DNA of 64,000 bases from Xylographa opegraphella. Taxonomy: Eukaryota. A program made the translations under genes and the position numbers. The stretch is from assembly GCA_022813865.1 (NCBI GenBank), contig JALDZX010000022.1, positions 62,001 to 126,000 on the forward strand, written 5' to 3'. Shown here piece after piece: positions 24,871-38,367 of this stretch (its first letter is position 1; each line of letters opens with the position of its first letter). The notes under the pieces were generated by a model, which was not told where the DNA came from, searched no databases, and was given only the letters and a program-made list of their open reading frames with translations.

Positions 24871-25750
24871 TTAAGGTGAACAGGTCTCAAACATGGAGAC
24901 TATACAACGGACTTCTGGTGAAGAGGAGGGCTGATCTATTTTTGTCATAGCTCCGGATCCGAGAATCATCAGAGCCATGCTCGCGACACTCACATGATGA
25001 CCTCTTCGCATGAGGTAACCACCACGAACTACGAGGCTGGAATCCTGCATTGGTCATTCGTTCTGAGGCGAAATGGAATGGCGAAACTTCGTTGCAGTCC
25101 ACTTTGTCACATCTACGACCACAAAGTTGGATACGTGCTTATTATGCGGCTATTGTGACGTTCTGCACCTGTAGCAATTCAATGGTGGCTTGCGCTCTCC
25201 TATTCCTGTGCTGATATCCCCATTGGCGTCAGGAGCTCGGGAATTGATGAAGATGGTATTGCATATACTTGCGACTGCTTACTCAATTACGAATCTCCTA
25301 CTTACTCAAAGTCCCCTTGCCGTGATATTGGATGAAAATGCCAATTATGCAACTCACTAATAGTGTGGTTTACAAATCTATCCTCTGCTGCCTTAATAAG
25401 GGACTCTTACCAAAATTTCCTCTTGTAGGTTTATGGAATGTGGCGACAGAAAAACCAATACGCAGTATTGCACTTCAAAGGAGATCCTCGTAACGCTCTA
25501 GAGTAACAGGATATGTTCGTGATTTAATCCCTACAGTGTCGTTAAGTTGGAGGATTTCTCATCCCAGCATTAGAAGTCCTGCTCAAGGCAGGGCGGAGGC
25601 GAGTATTTTTGGATACATAGAAAGCCAGACGCGGCATAAATTACCCGGCTATGAAACCTGGTCAGCTCCGTAGACGACCCGTTCTGTTCGGTCTCTTGAT
25701 TCCAGCACACCCACCACTTCTTCAAACGCTCACCATGCTAGGGGTCAGGT

Positions 25751-26941
25751 ATGCCCCTCTGTATCGAGTGCCGCTATCCTGTGCCTCAGCTCTACCACGT
25801 CCTGCATAGCGGTGGTGCCCACAAGCCTTCCTACTCCACCTCCAAGCTTCATACCAGCACAACCCCCAAACCCCAGACCCCGTCCGGCCTCGCTTCGCCC
25901 AAGGTCACGAACCCCTTCGCAGCAACTGAGCAGAAGGCGAAGCCCAGCGGTGTGTTCGGGGGTGACGTGCGACTGACCCAGTGTCCGCGGTGCAAGCGGT
26001 TCGCCGACAAATATGTCGAGCATGATTTCGTGGTGCTGTTTATTGACTTGGTGCTTGTGAAGCCGCAGGTGGGTGCCTTTTCTGTTGATTCTGTCGGAGT
26101 CTTTGTAGATAGGAACATGACCAGATCCGAGTCATGGGGGAGAGATGGGGGGTCCCAGGGGTTACGAGCATTGTTCATTATACTCACTGCGCAATCACAG
26201 GTCTACAGGCACCTGCTCTTCAACCGTTTGGGCCGGGACGATGATCAATTTGATGTATGTATCCTACAGCTTTCCTCCGTCCCAATTCAGCACGTAAGCA
26301 ATCCATCACTGACAAGCGCCCTTTTCAAGCCGTCCATCATCCGCCTCGGCACGCTCCTCCTCCTCTTCGACGTCTACATAACCTGGTCCTCGATCGAGTC
26401 TCTACCACTGAACCTCACCGCCTCCTCCGCAATCCCGACTCTCCCGATCCTCCTGCAGTACGCCTTCTACCTCATCCTCTGCACCCTGACCACATTAGCG
26501 CAGCACCTCGCCATCCGCACCCTCGCCGGAACAGCCTTCTTCAGCTCCACCATATCATCCACAAGTCCCACCCAGCCACACATATCTGGAACCCACGCCG
26601 CCAACCCCGCCGGCGATGACACCACGAGCGATACGGGATACAATCACCGGCCGAACGCCATCTCCACAGCTATACTGGTGTCGTCGTGCATGAAGCTCTT
26701 CCCCATCCTCATGGTCGTGTGGAAGTACGACGATGTGGGCGGGCAGGTCGGCCATGGGGTCCAGTGGGCCGTGGCCCTGCAGAACCTCGAGGCGCTGCGG
26801 ATCTTGCTGGGCTGTTCGTACTGGGGCGCTGGAATGCTGGTCGGGACTGGCGCGGTGGTGCGGTGGGTGGTTGGTAGAGTGGTGCTGGGGCTTTTTGGAT
26901 TGGGAGACGTGGGGGGATCGCTGGTTTCGAATGCTGCGTAG
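25751..26941 (+). CDS. ARV1: Arv1 ER sterol/sphingolipid homeostasis protein
   Basis: MPLCIECRYPV..LY, RLTQCPRCKRFADKYVEHDFVVLFIDLVLVKPQVYRHLLFN and RLGTLLLLFDVY. Introns at 26069-26200 and 26255-26329. Confidence 0.93.
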   Translation: MPLCIECRYPVPQLYHVLHSGGAHKPSYSTSKLHTSTTPKPQTPSGLASPKVTNPFAATEQKAKPSGVFGGDVRLTQCPRCKRFADKYVEHDFVVLFIDLVLVKPQVGAFSVDSVGVFVDRNMTRSESWGRDGGSQGLRALFIILTAQSQVYRHLLFNRLGRDDDQFDVCILQLSSVPIQHVSNPSLTSALFKPSIIRLGTLLLLFDVYITWSSIESLPLNLTASSAIPTLPILLQYAFYLILCTLTTLAQHLAIRTLAGTAFFSSTISSTSPTQPHISGTHAANPAGDDTTSDTGYNHRPNAISTAILVSSCMKLFPILMVVWKYDDVGGQVGHGVQWAVALQNLEALRILLGCSYWGAGMLVGTGAVVRWVVGRVVLGLFGLGDVGGSLVSNAA

Positions 26942-27622
26942 GGGATATAGGAATGGTGGCTTTTATGCGGAGGGTAGGAGTCGCCTGATGGATGAGGTTT
27001 GGACTGTATGGCAAAGATTCAGATGAATGGGGGCGCGGGCGGGGTTAGAATCACCAAACTACCGCGCCGTGACGCATGACATTCTTCAGAACGGAGGATA
27101 CGGCTTCAGAGGACAATGGACCGCAAGAGGTGGATATGTCGGAACCTGATACATGATCAGAACTGAAAGCATCAGGCTCTGTAGTCAGTACCTCCTCACA
27201 GACGCCCGAAATCGCCAAAATGGAGAGTGAGAGATATAAATATAGACTCTCGTATCACACAAAGCACCGAAAGACATGACGAGTATGGCTCCGTTCCGCT
27301 GATCGTGATACACTGGATCTAAACTACCCTTCCCCTTACGGGGTGCTCTCTCGACTTTCTTTTCGCAGTTCTAGTCAAAGCCGCTCAGGGGGATCCAAAC
27401 CATACCAAGGAAACGCCTAACACGCATTTCTCCGAATGCATCACGACAAGAATCGCAGAAAAGCGTGAAGGAAATGTTCTCGGAGAGTGTGAGCCTGGAG
27501 ATACAGCCCTCTGGAAAGAAAATGCTATCAGACGACTCCGTCTATCTTTCTATAGCTCGAGGACCTTGGAGGCCAGAAGAGCAGTGTGGCGTGTAGAGGC
27601 AGCCAAACGATGCGTTCGGCAC

Positions 27623-28630
27623 CTAGGTCGCGCGTTTTGCAAACTCGACCCTCAAGATCAAATGTCCGTATCCATCTGCATGTAGCGTCAGCGACTGATT
27701 CTCGACACAACGCGAAACCGTGGGAAATATGCTTACACCCATCGATCTTCTCGCACGCCTTCGCGGCGTCGGACCTCTCCTGGAAACTGATGAACGCGAA
27801 CCCCTTCGCCCTGCCGGTCTCCCTGTCCTTCGCCAGGAACACCCTCGTCACCCGCCCAAAGCGCTCGAAGATCTCCCGCAGATCCTGCTCCTCGGCAAAC
27901 TCAGACACGTTCGTGACTCGCAGCGTCGCCAGATCGTCTCGCTCGTACTTGCCGCCCATTCTCTCCCCGGAGGTAGCCGCTCCCCCCTTCCGCATGTGCG
28001 GCGGCACGTAGCTGCTGCCTCCCTGCCCCAAGCCTCCAGCGGCGTCCTTGCCGCCGTCCGAGCCTCCGTCGCCACCTGCCCCGGCTCCAGCACCGTCTTC
28101 GCCGACCGGCGCCATTGTGTCCTTGAACGGACACCGCGCTGTGAAATGCTCCGCATCACAGATCCGGCATCGCACTTTCTTGTCCTTCAGCTTATCCCGC
28201 ATGCTGTCCTCCTCCCCTTCTTTCTTGCCTGAGCCCTCTTTCCCATCCCGCTTCCACGTCACGCTCGGCCGAAAAATGATGTTCTCGCCCACGCTCGTGG
28301 TGTCGAAGGAAGGGCCTACAGGGTGCCCTTTCTCGAGGCCAAACTTCGCCCAACCGCGCCGGGCGGCAACGGCGGGGTTGACGGTCTCGCGGACAACGGT
28401 GGTACGGACGCGGCGAGTTGTTTTGACACGCTTGCCGTCGTCGTTGAAGCGGTAGGAGACGATGGTTTTGGTGCCGTCTTTGTTGGTGGTGATGGTTTGG
28501 GGAGGGAGGGCGGTGGAGTCGTCGAATTCTTCGTCGTCGGCCCAGTCAGGACGGCTGATGAGCGGATGGTTAGCAGAGCGATACATGGAGAGGGGAGGGA
28601 TGGGGGAGCAGACTTGGCTAGTTTGGACAT
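27623..28630 (-). CDS. TIF35: Translation initiation factor eIF3 subunit g
   Basis: DWADDEE, WAKFG, a zinc knuckle ([17 protein letters not shown]) and an RRM ([53 protein letters not shown]). Introns at 28555-28613 and near 27676-27735. Confidence 0.96.
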
Positions 28631-28937
28631 GGCGAATGTTGTGTGATTCTTAAGGGCGCAGTATTCAGAGATTATTGCGAGTCTCAGGGCTTTAAGAGCA
28701 AAGGTTTGAAGGAAGAAGACGGCGGTTGATGCCCACTAGAAGCCTTACCAAGCATGAACAATGCTATGACTTTTCGATCGTGGGGCGAAAACCACGCTAG
28801 TCCCCACGAGAGGCACTCGCTTAAACCTGCCGCTCGATGAACTCGACGACGTAGCTTCAGACCTTCAGATCTGTATACACAACTGTCCAGCACACGACCA
28901 AGACATATATCAGCAATTCATCCTCGTCATCTTCGCC

Positions 28938-29542
28938 ATGGCAAACGGGTATGTCGGCTTTTGCTCTTCTACTTTATGCAACTATTCTCGTGGAAATCCT
29001 ATGTCCATTTACAGTATTTGCGGCGGTGGCTAACTCTCCTTGTCTACAGCTGGAGCATCATCATCGGCCTCACCGTGGTCGTGGTCGCCAGCTTGCTGGC
29101 ATGGTTCTTTGCGCCGAAAGGTGAAAACCAAACGTACGTCCAGGGCTCCTCTCCACCTATCAACATGGATCCCCATCAATCGGCATTCAGTAGTCAGCAT
29201 CACGATTGCCCATCACAGCGCCTGCCATTTCTGAAGAGTCCAGTCACCGCATCTCTACATATCAAGGACATATGACCGCGTGTTATATTCAGACAACGAG
29301 CCGTGAAGCTGACACGCCGTGTTGCATAGAGTCTGGCGCAGTACCCTGATTCTCAGTTTCGCAAGCTGCTACATCATGTGGGGTGAGTACTCCGATCTGC
29401 TTCCGTATGCTCGACACCACCACTTTCGCAATCGCTGACAAGTGACCGCTTCGTGTCGTCAGCAATCACGTTTCTCGCACAATGGCACCCACTCATCGTC
29501 CCGACACGCAACGACTTGCGGGTCCACAATCCACCAAACTGA
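28938..29542 (+). CDS. VMA9: V-type ATPase V0 subunit e
   Basis: Four small exons splice to MANGWSIIIGLTVVVVASLLAWFFAPKGENQTVWRSTLILSFASCYIMWAITFLAQWHPLIVPTRNDLRVHNPPN. The ORF track does not capture it. Confidence 0.93.
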
Positions 29543-30401
29543 ATCAGGCACACTTCTTCGATCGTGTATGATTATACTTGTGACCGTACAGGTATGGAGC
29601 TGACGGTTGGTGGCTACATGTATCCAACTTGAGTGAATTCAAGTAGCGATGTTTATATGGAAGGCCACACCTCGAAAGGAAGAGTCTGTTTGGTGGATGA
29701 TATTCGAAAGGCATTGCGCATGGCGTTTGGGGTCTCTACTGTCCTTATAGGGAGACATCCATGGCGAGAAGCTTCTTACATCTTAAATGGCATCGTCAAC
29801 CTTAGGTGTTGCTTACTTGTTAAAGTACCATCGAACAGGCGTGAATGTCGAATATTAGTAGCACTGTTCACAGACCACTAGCCAGAGCGTTGAGGACCAA
29901 GACTCCGTACATGTTCCGGGCTATGGAAACCCTTTACACGTGAGCGGCAAGCAAAACTCCTAAAAAATTTCATTTCATTCCACAGTCCTATGAACGCAGA
30001 ATACCTAATGCCTGTCCTGTCAAACGTCCACGTAAATTGCCCATCAGCAAGCCATCTATTGCAACTCTGGTGCACGCCTTGTTGCGCCCATCAAGGAATT
30101 CATAGAGCGATATCGTTACGCTACTCCCGAGCCAAAGGAAATGTTCCCCCAAATGAACGCTAAGATGTGAGAGCGGACTCTGTCATTGAACAATTATGGG
30201 CAAGAGCACGGGAAAGCAAAAATCGTATATGATACACAAAGTACTCCGTAACTTGGTCCCACTTCGTGTGATATTTGCCAGTGCTAGATTTGAAGATCTT
30301 CTCGAGGCACCTGGTGTCTATGATGCCGTTATACCATGAAGCTCCGACAATTTATCAATTCAAGCTTGTGTGTGTCTTATAACGAGGTGAAGATCCACGT
30401 A

Positions 30402-33168
30402 TTAGATGTCAATAGTAGCTCCTGACGGTCCCGGTTCGGAGGAGCTTTTCTCATCTACCCCTTGACCTCTACAAAGTGGGCAGGAGTTACGTCCGGTAGT
30501 TAACCACTAGACCGTGTGCGTTAGCGGATCCGAGAAACCGCAACTACATATACTTACAACATCGATGCACTCCCGATGGAAGATATGGCTACATTTATTC
30601 AACTGCCGCACTTCCTCCGAGAGCTCATAATCACTAAGACAGACGAGGCAGCGTTCGCCAGCAGGAATGCTTAGCGGACCTGCCCTATCGAGAGCAATGG
30701 CATCCATACTACCGTCAAGCCTGCGCAAGCGAACTCTGTAAACACCAGATGCTGATGCAACGTCCTCGCGACTAGCCACAGGAGGCTTGGCTGGTCCGAG
30801 TAGTGAAGAAAGCATCAGCATATCTTCATATGTAGGGTTCTATAGAGCGGATCAGCAAGACGTCCATCACAAATCTCAAGCACTAAACAACACGTACATC
30901 TGTGAAGAGACTAGGGGTTGCGAAAGCAGGATGATCTTCTGATAGATTGGTGCCGACGACGTAAATCAACCAACTTCTACCCTGTGGCACAGTGTCATCT
31001 GGTTCAACAACTCCGTTTCTCCTGGCAGCCCCAGCTCCGAGATCCCTATGACGAGCGAATTCCGAGTCACTACGACGCCGTTGACGAACAGCATGGTAAG
31101 CATCATTCGTGAGATTCTGCGCTTCGTGGGTTTCATTCAATCTCTCGAGAACGTTATCATGATGCGCTCCTTGAGGATTTTGCACAGCAGATGCAGATGA
31201 TGGACGACGATTTGGAGTGGTAGCGCCTGAAGGTTGCGCAGACAATCCCGGATCGGCGGGTGTGGACGGTGGTGGATGAGGGCCTGGTGGAGACTCTGAC
31301 ACGATCATCGGAGCTACAGCAGTAGCCACAGGGGTAGTGTCTCCAGAGACAGATCGACTTGCAGCTTGCGTCCTTTGATGGCGCTGGCTGTCGTAGTTTG
31401 CCGGAAAAGGATTGACACCACCCATTGATGCCCTTCGTCGATGCTGAAACCTTGACCTACCGTTTGCATGCCGTAACAGCCCTCCACCGCCTCCAGTGGT
31501 CCCGGTCCTCAGGGACGCCGGTGGCACGATTGGCAGATTAATAAGAGTGTCGAGATTGCCATCTGGATCTTCGCGTGCGATACTCGCTGAAGGGACCGAA
31601 CGAACCCCTACGACAACAAGGGTCACTGTCCTGCCATCGGAGCTCCCCTCGCCTTCGTTGCTCGTTTCGGCCGCAGAACTTCTGCCCAGCAATTGGCGAG
31701 ATACACGGATGTTGTCTTGACGAACCTCAGAGGGGGAGTTAACAAAACGAAACACCCGGAGAAAGTTTAGTGGAGGAAGGGTTGCCAAAGCATGTGGGGC
31801 TTCGTTTGATGCAGCCGCTGTACCGGCAGCGTTGTTCATCGATTCCATGAATGAATTGAGGCTCCCGTCAAGACTATCATCGCTCATTGGCTCCATATCA
31901 GTTATGCCATCAGGAACACCGGAGAGCTGGGCAGCAATGGCAGCCGCTGCAAGCTGTAGAATTCTTGACAACGGTGCTTCGTCATCCCTCCGGATGATTC
32001 GACTTGATCTGCCTCTTAGTAGATTGGGCACTCTGCGGGATTCTCGTCTTGTTGGAGTTCGATCTGACCAACGTTGAGTCCACGAAGAGCTGCGATCGGC
32101 AGCTTCTGGAGACGGAGAAGAGATCTCTGGATTCTGATTTTCTCCACCATCATATGTGCCTATCGCTGGATCATCAAGATCGAGGCTTGTATTTGTAACA
32201 TTCAGAGGCGGCAGTAGATAGTCGGTCTCATCAGCAATGGTTGCCCGCATTGGACGACGTGGCGAAGTCTGCAGATGCGTATTATTTGGCATTTGATTGG
32301 GACTGTTCGAAAATAGACTCTCCAGAGAGGAGATCGAGCGGCGGACCCTTGACATGCGAGAGTTTCGCAACGAATTCGGTGCTAACGTTGAGGAAGACCT
32401 TTGTTGCGAAGAGGATGACGATGTTTCGGGTATTATGGACTGCAATGAACCTATCGACAGGCCTGAAGGGGGTATTGAACCATCAGCCGTGAGGGGGATT
32501 GGTCTTGAGATGGGCATTGTATGTCGCTGAGAAGTAGATCTTGAAGAATTCAACGTTCCAGTCGACAACGAGCCAAAGACCGAGTAGCGGTGACGCTCGT
32601 CGCTCTCTGGCGTGACAACAGAACGAAACGGGCTAGTATTTGATAACCTTCGCCGTAGACTCGGCCTGTCACTGCTTCCATCACCGTCGGTACTTGAAGG
32701 GCCTGTCACGGCATATCGTGGCAGTAATCTAGATCCTAATCGTGATAGAACTGAAGTTCGTCTTGGCATAGGCGATGCAGTGATATGTGTGATTGGAGCA
32801 TCTCGCATACGCAGATCCTCCATGCTCACCAGCGGTCTCTCTTCTTGTTCATATAGCACCTCGCCTCGCGAAGCTGACCTTCTTCCTATTCCTGACTGAC
32901 CGGTTGTGGTGGTGGTCAATCGAGCCGAAATCCGACGGCGAAAGGTAGCATATGGCGGAGCTGTCCGGATTTGGCGTGTATGTGGATTCAGCGAGGGCAT
33001 TGACATGGAGGTTTCGGGGCGATTATTAGGGTCCCGGTCCCTGGATATGCTGTGACGATCCTGAGCAGCAAAAGAAGTGTCTCTCATTTGAACAAGTTGC
33101 GAAAATCGTCGGGAGTCACGGTGGGCAAAAGCCTCACGCTCCCGTTGCGTAGAAGAGCTTTGTCCCAT
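30402..33168 (-). CDS. RING-H2 finger E3 ubiquitin ligase with long disordered N-terminus
   Basis: Starts MGQSSST (possible N-myristoylation). Contains RSWLIYVVGTNLSEDHPAFATPSLFTD/NPTYEDMLMLSSLLGPAKPPVA and the RING CLVCLSDY..CSHIFHRECID/WLTTGRNSCPLCR. Two 3' introns. Confidence 0.9.
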
Positions 33169-34286
33169 TGTGTCAACGACACAGCCGATGGATGCGGATA
33201 GATATTGTTGAGCGTCAACGCATGATACAACCAAAGAGGAGTGTGTTGTTGCCGAGAGAGTGTGTAAGGTCTGATGGAGACAATACGGAGAGTAATGGAA
33301 GCCGTAGCAGGATGAGTTGTATTATTTGTGTACCAAGTTCAGCGTGTACAGTTTCGAGAGCCTGGACAGACCGCAGTAGCCTAGTTGTTCACGAGGAGAC
33401 GGAGCAACAGCGGGATCGGTCTGCAGGACGGGAGTATAAGTGTCAAGATGGTGAGTGCATGTGAAGCCTGACCAAATTCGTGACGACAGGACCTTTGATG
33501 AATAGTGTGAACTATTCAAGTGAAGCAAAGGCACTCGTGCCGATGTGCTGGATGTTTGTCGGAATGGCAAGGCGGATGTCGTGGCTACTACGATCAGGCG
33601 TGGCTACCTGACGAGTAAGGTAGCTGATCCGGCGTGGAGTTGCAGTAGCAGTGATGGCGCGAATGAGCGGCCTTTCAGTCCCTCCAGCCTCGACCGCACG
33701 GGGACGCTAGTCCTATTTCAACGTAGAGAGTTCCAGGCTAGAGAGTTAGAGGCAACGGTGATACTGCGCAGAAAGCACTCTAGCACCAGAGCAGCTAGCC
33801 CGGATCCCTTTAGCCTGGCTCGCCTGGCCATGCCCTTGAAACCCTCCGAGATAAGTCCAAGGCTGTTCAACCATGTTTCAGCAATTCCCTACGACGTCTT
33901 CCACTGTACATGGACGCTTCCGCGCAGCTCGTTGAAATCGAGCGTTTAAACCGCAAGAGGCTACCCGCAAGCTGGACTGTCCAGTCATTCTAAGAACAAG
34001 AAGTTTGTTTTTGGCACTTAACATTCGCCTATTCTGTTTCACATGTGAAAGGTGGCCACGAAACAGGTTTCTATTGGGTGTAGGGTGTATAAATATCCCC
34101 TGTACGAGTTCGCATGGAGATCACCGCGAGGTTTGACTATCACAGAGCCCCGTTATGCACCGCCGAAGACTACTTCCTTGGTGTGATCCCGGAAATCACT
34201 GAGTCACATTGGTTCTGAATCACTACAAGTGGCCTCACCAAGAACACTTGCTGTTCCCAACTTCTTCTGGTCTCACAGCAAGTGCG

Positions 34287-35576
34287 ATGAGCTACTTTTC
34301 TGCAGTATTTCATACGAATACGCATGCGACCTCGCTCGAATCGTCTTTGTATGGAAGTTCGCGAAAGAGGAAGCGGCAGGATTCTTTGGCTTCTCCGGAC
34401 AATGAGGAATTGGCTAGCGCGTCGGTGGAGACAACAGCTGGTACTCAACAGCGCCAGTCCACGGTAAGAACAAATATTACCCCAGGTGAGAATGACGCAG
34501 CTGCGGAGTACCTTCAAAATGCCGAGGAAAGACATAAACAATTTCCTGATGGTACCTACTCTACTTGGGAGTTGGGGCAAGAACTTGCCTCTCTCAATCC
34601 TCCTCTAGCCCGTCCGACGGGCTCCGGTTCTCTGAGCTCGCCAGAGGGTCCCCGATCAGGGCTTAAACAGCAGCATCTCACGGTGCTGACGACGATCATG
34701 CACAGATCTTTGGCTCGAGGCGAATATATGCGTGCTGGACGTGCGTGGGGAATGTTGCTTCGTGCAGAAGTAAAGGGCCATCCACAGAACATACGTTCGA
34801 ATGGCTTGTGGAGCCTTGGTGCTGAGCTGCTTCTGCGACGGAGCAGTCATTCTGAACAACATGAGAATCTTCAGGCAGGTACACACGAAGAATCTGCAAT
34901 GCCGGATCATTGCGAAAGGACAATGGGAATAAATCACAACCCGGTTAAAGCTCAATTTAGCCGACAAGGGTTTGAAGACGCCAAAGCTTACTATGAACGA
35001 CTAATATTGCAGTTTCCATGGAGAAAGTGGCTTCCTAATGCTCTCAGTTCTTTACATTTCTACCCGGTCATGTTTGGTCTTTGGATTTCTTTCACTCAGG
35101 ATCAACATTTGTCCGCTCTGGCTCGCATGACTCAAGACATCGAAGACCCCAGCGATAGCGATTCCGCATCTGGACACTTTAGTAGTGATGCAAGATCTGC
35201 AGAAAGATATAGTATTCGTAGCTCCTCAATGCAGTCCTGCCAAGCTATTGCAGATCGTCTCGACGAGCTTCTGCTGTCATTTCCATACTCTGATAGCGAC
35301 GCGTTGTGGAGAATCCGAGCAATGCTTGCCCAATGGATGAGTGATTTGTTAAAAGAGGAAATTGGAACTGACCAGCAAGATGAGGAGGTGGCTGAAAATG
35401 ACAGCGAACATTCATCGGAGCAAGATGATGAGATTTCCACATCGTACGTCAGGCCAACTGCCGCGAAAGATGTGGAAAGGAAAAGAACTGAAGAAGGAAA
35501 GATATATTTGAAAAAAGCGAGGAGTGCTTTCGAAACAGCGGAAAGGCTTAGAAAGCAATCGAGAAGCCGAGAGTAA
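34287..35576 (+). CDS. RRN11: RNA polymerase I core-factor subunit Rrn11-like
   Basis: Intronless. HLTVLTTIMHRSLARGEYMRAGRAWGMLLR..LWSLGAELL..AKAYYERLILQFPW resembles the Pol I-specific initiation factor family. N-terminal RKRKR NLS. Confidence 0.7.
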   Translation: MSYFSAVFHTNTHATSLESSLYGSSRKRKRQDSLASPDNEELASASVETTAGTQQRQSTVRTNITPGENDAAAEYLQNAEERHKQFPDGTYSTWELGQELASLNPPLARPTGSGSLSSPEGPRSGLKQQHLTVLTTIMHRSLARGEYMRAGRAWGMLLRAEVKGHPQNIRSNGLWSLGAELLLRRSSHSEQHENLQAGTHEESAMPDHCERTMGINHNPVKAQFSRQGFEDAKAYYERLILQFPWRKWLPNALSSLHFYPVMFGLWISFTQDQHLSALARMTQDIEDPSDSDSASGHFSSDARSAERYSIRSSSMQSCQAIADRLDELLLSFPYSDSDALWRIRAMLAQWMSDLLKEEIGTDQQDEEVAENDSEHSSEQDDEISTSYVRPTAAKDVERKRTEEGKIYLKKARSAFETAERLRKQSRSRE

Positions 35577-38367
35577 TAGTGTTGTGGAGGATGAAAGGGG
35601 TGAAGCCATGCGACAGTTGTCAAAAAATAGGAATCAAGCAAGTCTCTGTTCAGCGGCAGCAATTGGGGACCTTGATTGTCTCCAAATGGTAGGAGTAGGC
35701 CTAGACGAAAATAGCCCACCGTAGAGTACTATTTTGGCTGAAAAGAACAAGGAGGGTCGTTTCAGAATCGCCATGGAAGTCTACCTAACCTATTCATGGT
35801 AGGTTTGCGGGCAACACTCACTTACATGCAGCACAAACCCGTCATGTGACACGGAACATCATGTGGCACCTTGCTTCGTTTCGAATTGAGGGGTCTCTGC
35901 GGACGAGGACCACTCCATGCATCTGCTCAACTATACCTTAGCAGTCGTGATGTGAGAAATTCGGGGGCCTCCGGCAGTCCAAGTCATTCATCAGATTTGC
36001 GAGAAGATCTTGCCTTGCATTGTGGTACGTTCGAAAATTGGTTCGTGCAGTGGTGGAGCCTACTGTTGTGTTTGAAGACTCTCCACAATCTGCAAATCCT
36101 TGATTGGTCTGGCTAGAGCGCTCATATCTTACTGCCGCTTCTGAGCTCCTGCATTTATCAAGCACAGCATCGTGCTATCTTGACGTTGTGGAGCATCGAC
36201 ATTGACTACGGTGACCCTGGGATTTTGGACTCGCAGCTTTGGCTGTGATCAGGATCAAAGACTTGTGTTTGATTATACAGAGATTCTTCGAGCTCAACCG
36301 GGACTTCGGAGAGAAAGTGTAAGCCAAGACTAGCACAACAGCATCATGCCACTCTGCACCACAAGTAATGGCGGGTCAAGGTCTGATCCAGCACAGTAGG
36401 ATTGGACATATGGACATGTTGAACATAGATCGGATCACATGAGCGAGAAACCAAAACATCACTGCATAAAACCATCCTTGAAGTAAATGATAAGTATGGC
36501 CGGACGATACCTAAGGTTGTGGTTGGCTGGCCCATCCCACCTTACACCAACTATTCTTCTTGGATCCACAACCTACCAAGTCGTGATCAAGCGTAGAAGC
36601 CGCCTCACAACAGTTGGAGCAGTCCATTTTATCCAGAGTGGTGATAGGTGATAGGAGCGGTCCAGGCAGCGTCAGAGAAGGGTTTCAGTAGCTTCAGACG
36701 TGCATACGTCCGGCCTTTCCACCTGGACGCCACCACCCGACTGGTTCCTGTGCTGCAATCCCACAGATTGTCGAACCAATTTAATTTCATGTCACCATCG
36801 GGCCACAGGCAGAACATCAGCATCACACCACTAGGAAGCGGTTGCATTCAACCTCTCGATCATCTTGGTAGATACAGCGTTCCCTGTATTCGGAGGGGCA
36901 TAGCTGTGAGATCCCCTCGACCTCATGACCGTTTGTATCAAACATGGTCGATGTATCACCTCGAAGACCTGACACGAAGCAGCCCCACGTCACTCTCTCC
37001 AGTCGTCAGATCAACATCAGAAGTGGGAACAAAGTGCATTTCCTCACCCCACTCATCGTCCGCATCCTACATACAAACACGACTGCGACAAGTGGAGCCG
37101 GGATCGCAAGGGTAGTCAAGCATGGCCTGCTAGATCTGGTCCCTACAGGTATGTAGTCAGTACAAGTACCGGGGAGCAGGGGATGGCCAAGTCCCGACGT
37201 GCGGACATGTGGAGTGGTTGCCAATCGCCAGCAGCGTTTCGACCGCGGACAAGTCGCAATCGCACCCGCACGGAACACGGCTTGGCACTCGTTGCTTGAT
37301 TAGGGCTCCTATCGATAGCGAGACGGAGTGGGCGAGGGAACAGGAATATCAGACTACGGTGATCATATGGATATGCACGTCTGGTGTGGAGTGGGCGACG
37401 GCTATGGCGCCTTGGACATGTACGTGCGGTATACAGCCGTGCCTGTACCAAGGACACGGATAGAGGCGCAGTGGGAATGAAGAGTCGTAGACGTGGTACT
37501 GTCACAATCTTAATTCTTTGATCGTGCACCGTAGAACCGGGCAGCGGTGGTCCGTTCCTCACCCACGACCAGTCGTGGCCTCATGCCCCCGGAAGGATCA
37601 AACATCGTGAGGCGCGTCACTTATGCGCCCTGGGGTTCGAGAGCATGCGGTTAGTTATCCCACGGACGACAGGGTCTATCAACATTGTTACTAAGTACCT
37701 ACTCCGTACATCATCTCGGGATACCCTAGCACGCATGGTGGATTGCCATGCAGAAGTAGTCCACCGGGGGGTGGAGTGGACCGTGTCTCTAAAGTCGCTC
37801 TGCTGCTTGAGGCCGTTGCCGTTGTTGGTTGCGTAGAGACCGCCGCGGTGCCTTCTTCGTAGTGGGGACGCCAGCTTGGCGGGCAGGCCGGGCATGGATC
37901 TTGATGCTGGGGAACAGACCGGGCCTGGGACGGGTCGAGGGCTTGAAGGTGGACGGCTTGACAAGAGGCTAATGTAGCTCTGCGAACGAGAACACACCGT
38001 CCTGCCGTTGGTCCTGACTCTCGACTGATCTCTGGAGATACACACGGCTAAACCAGCTTCAGTCCGGCAGTCTTCCTCCCTTTCTCGCTGTCTGTCCAAC
38101 GAGGGGCTCCAACACCACTCCGGAGCACGAACATCCCGGTCACTGCTTGATTATCATGAGCCTAGGACCCTCGCTGCCTGGCTTGGTCTTGTCCTCATTG
38201 CGAAACTGATAGCTCGTGCCAGTCGCATCGGGGCCGTCTATACAAGAGCCTCGTCCACCTTCGCGACCACAATTCGCTCCAGACCGTGAACCCCAAGTCC
38301 AGACTGGAAGGGAAATCGACTTGAAGACTAAGAATCGGCCCGGCGTTGATCCTCGGCTATGCTTTAG

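Noticed and set aside
24994..25066. Box C (ATGATGA) and box D (CTGA) pair resembling a C/D snoRNA
   Set aside because: No terminal stem and no rRNA-complementary guide that I recognise. It lies in a probable 3' UTR.
29134..29329. Unusually long VMA9 intron as a possible snoRNA host
   Set aside because: No box C/D or convincing H/ACA architecture is visible.
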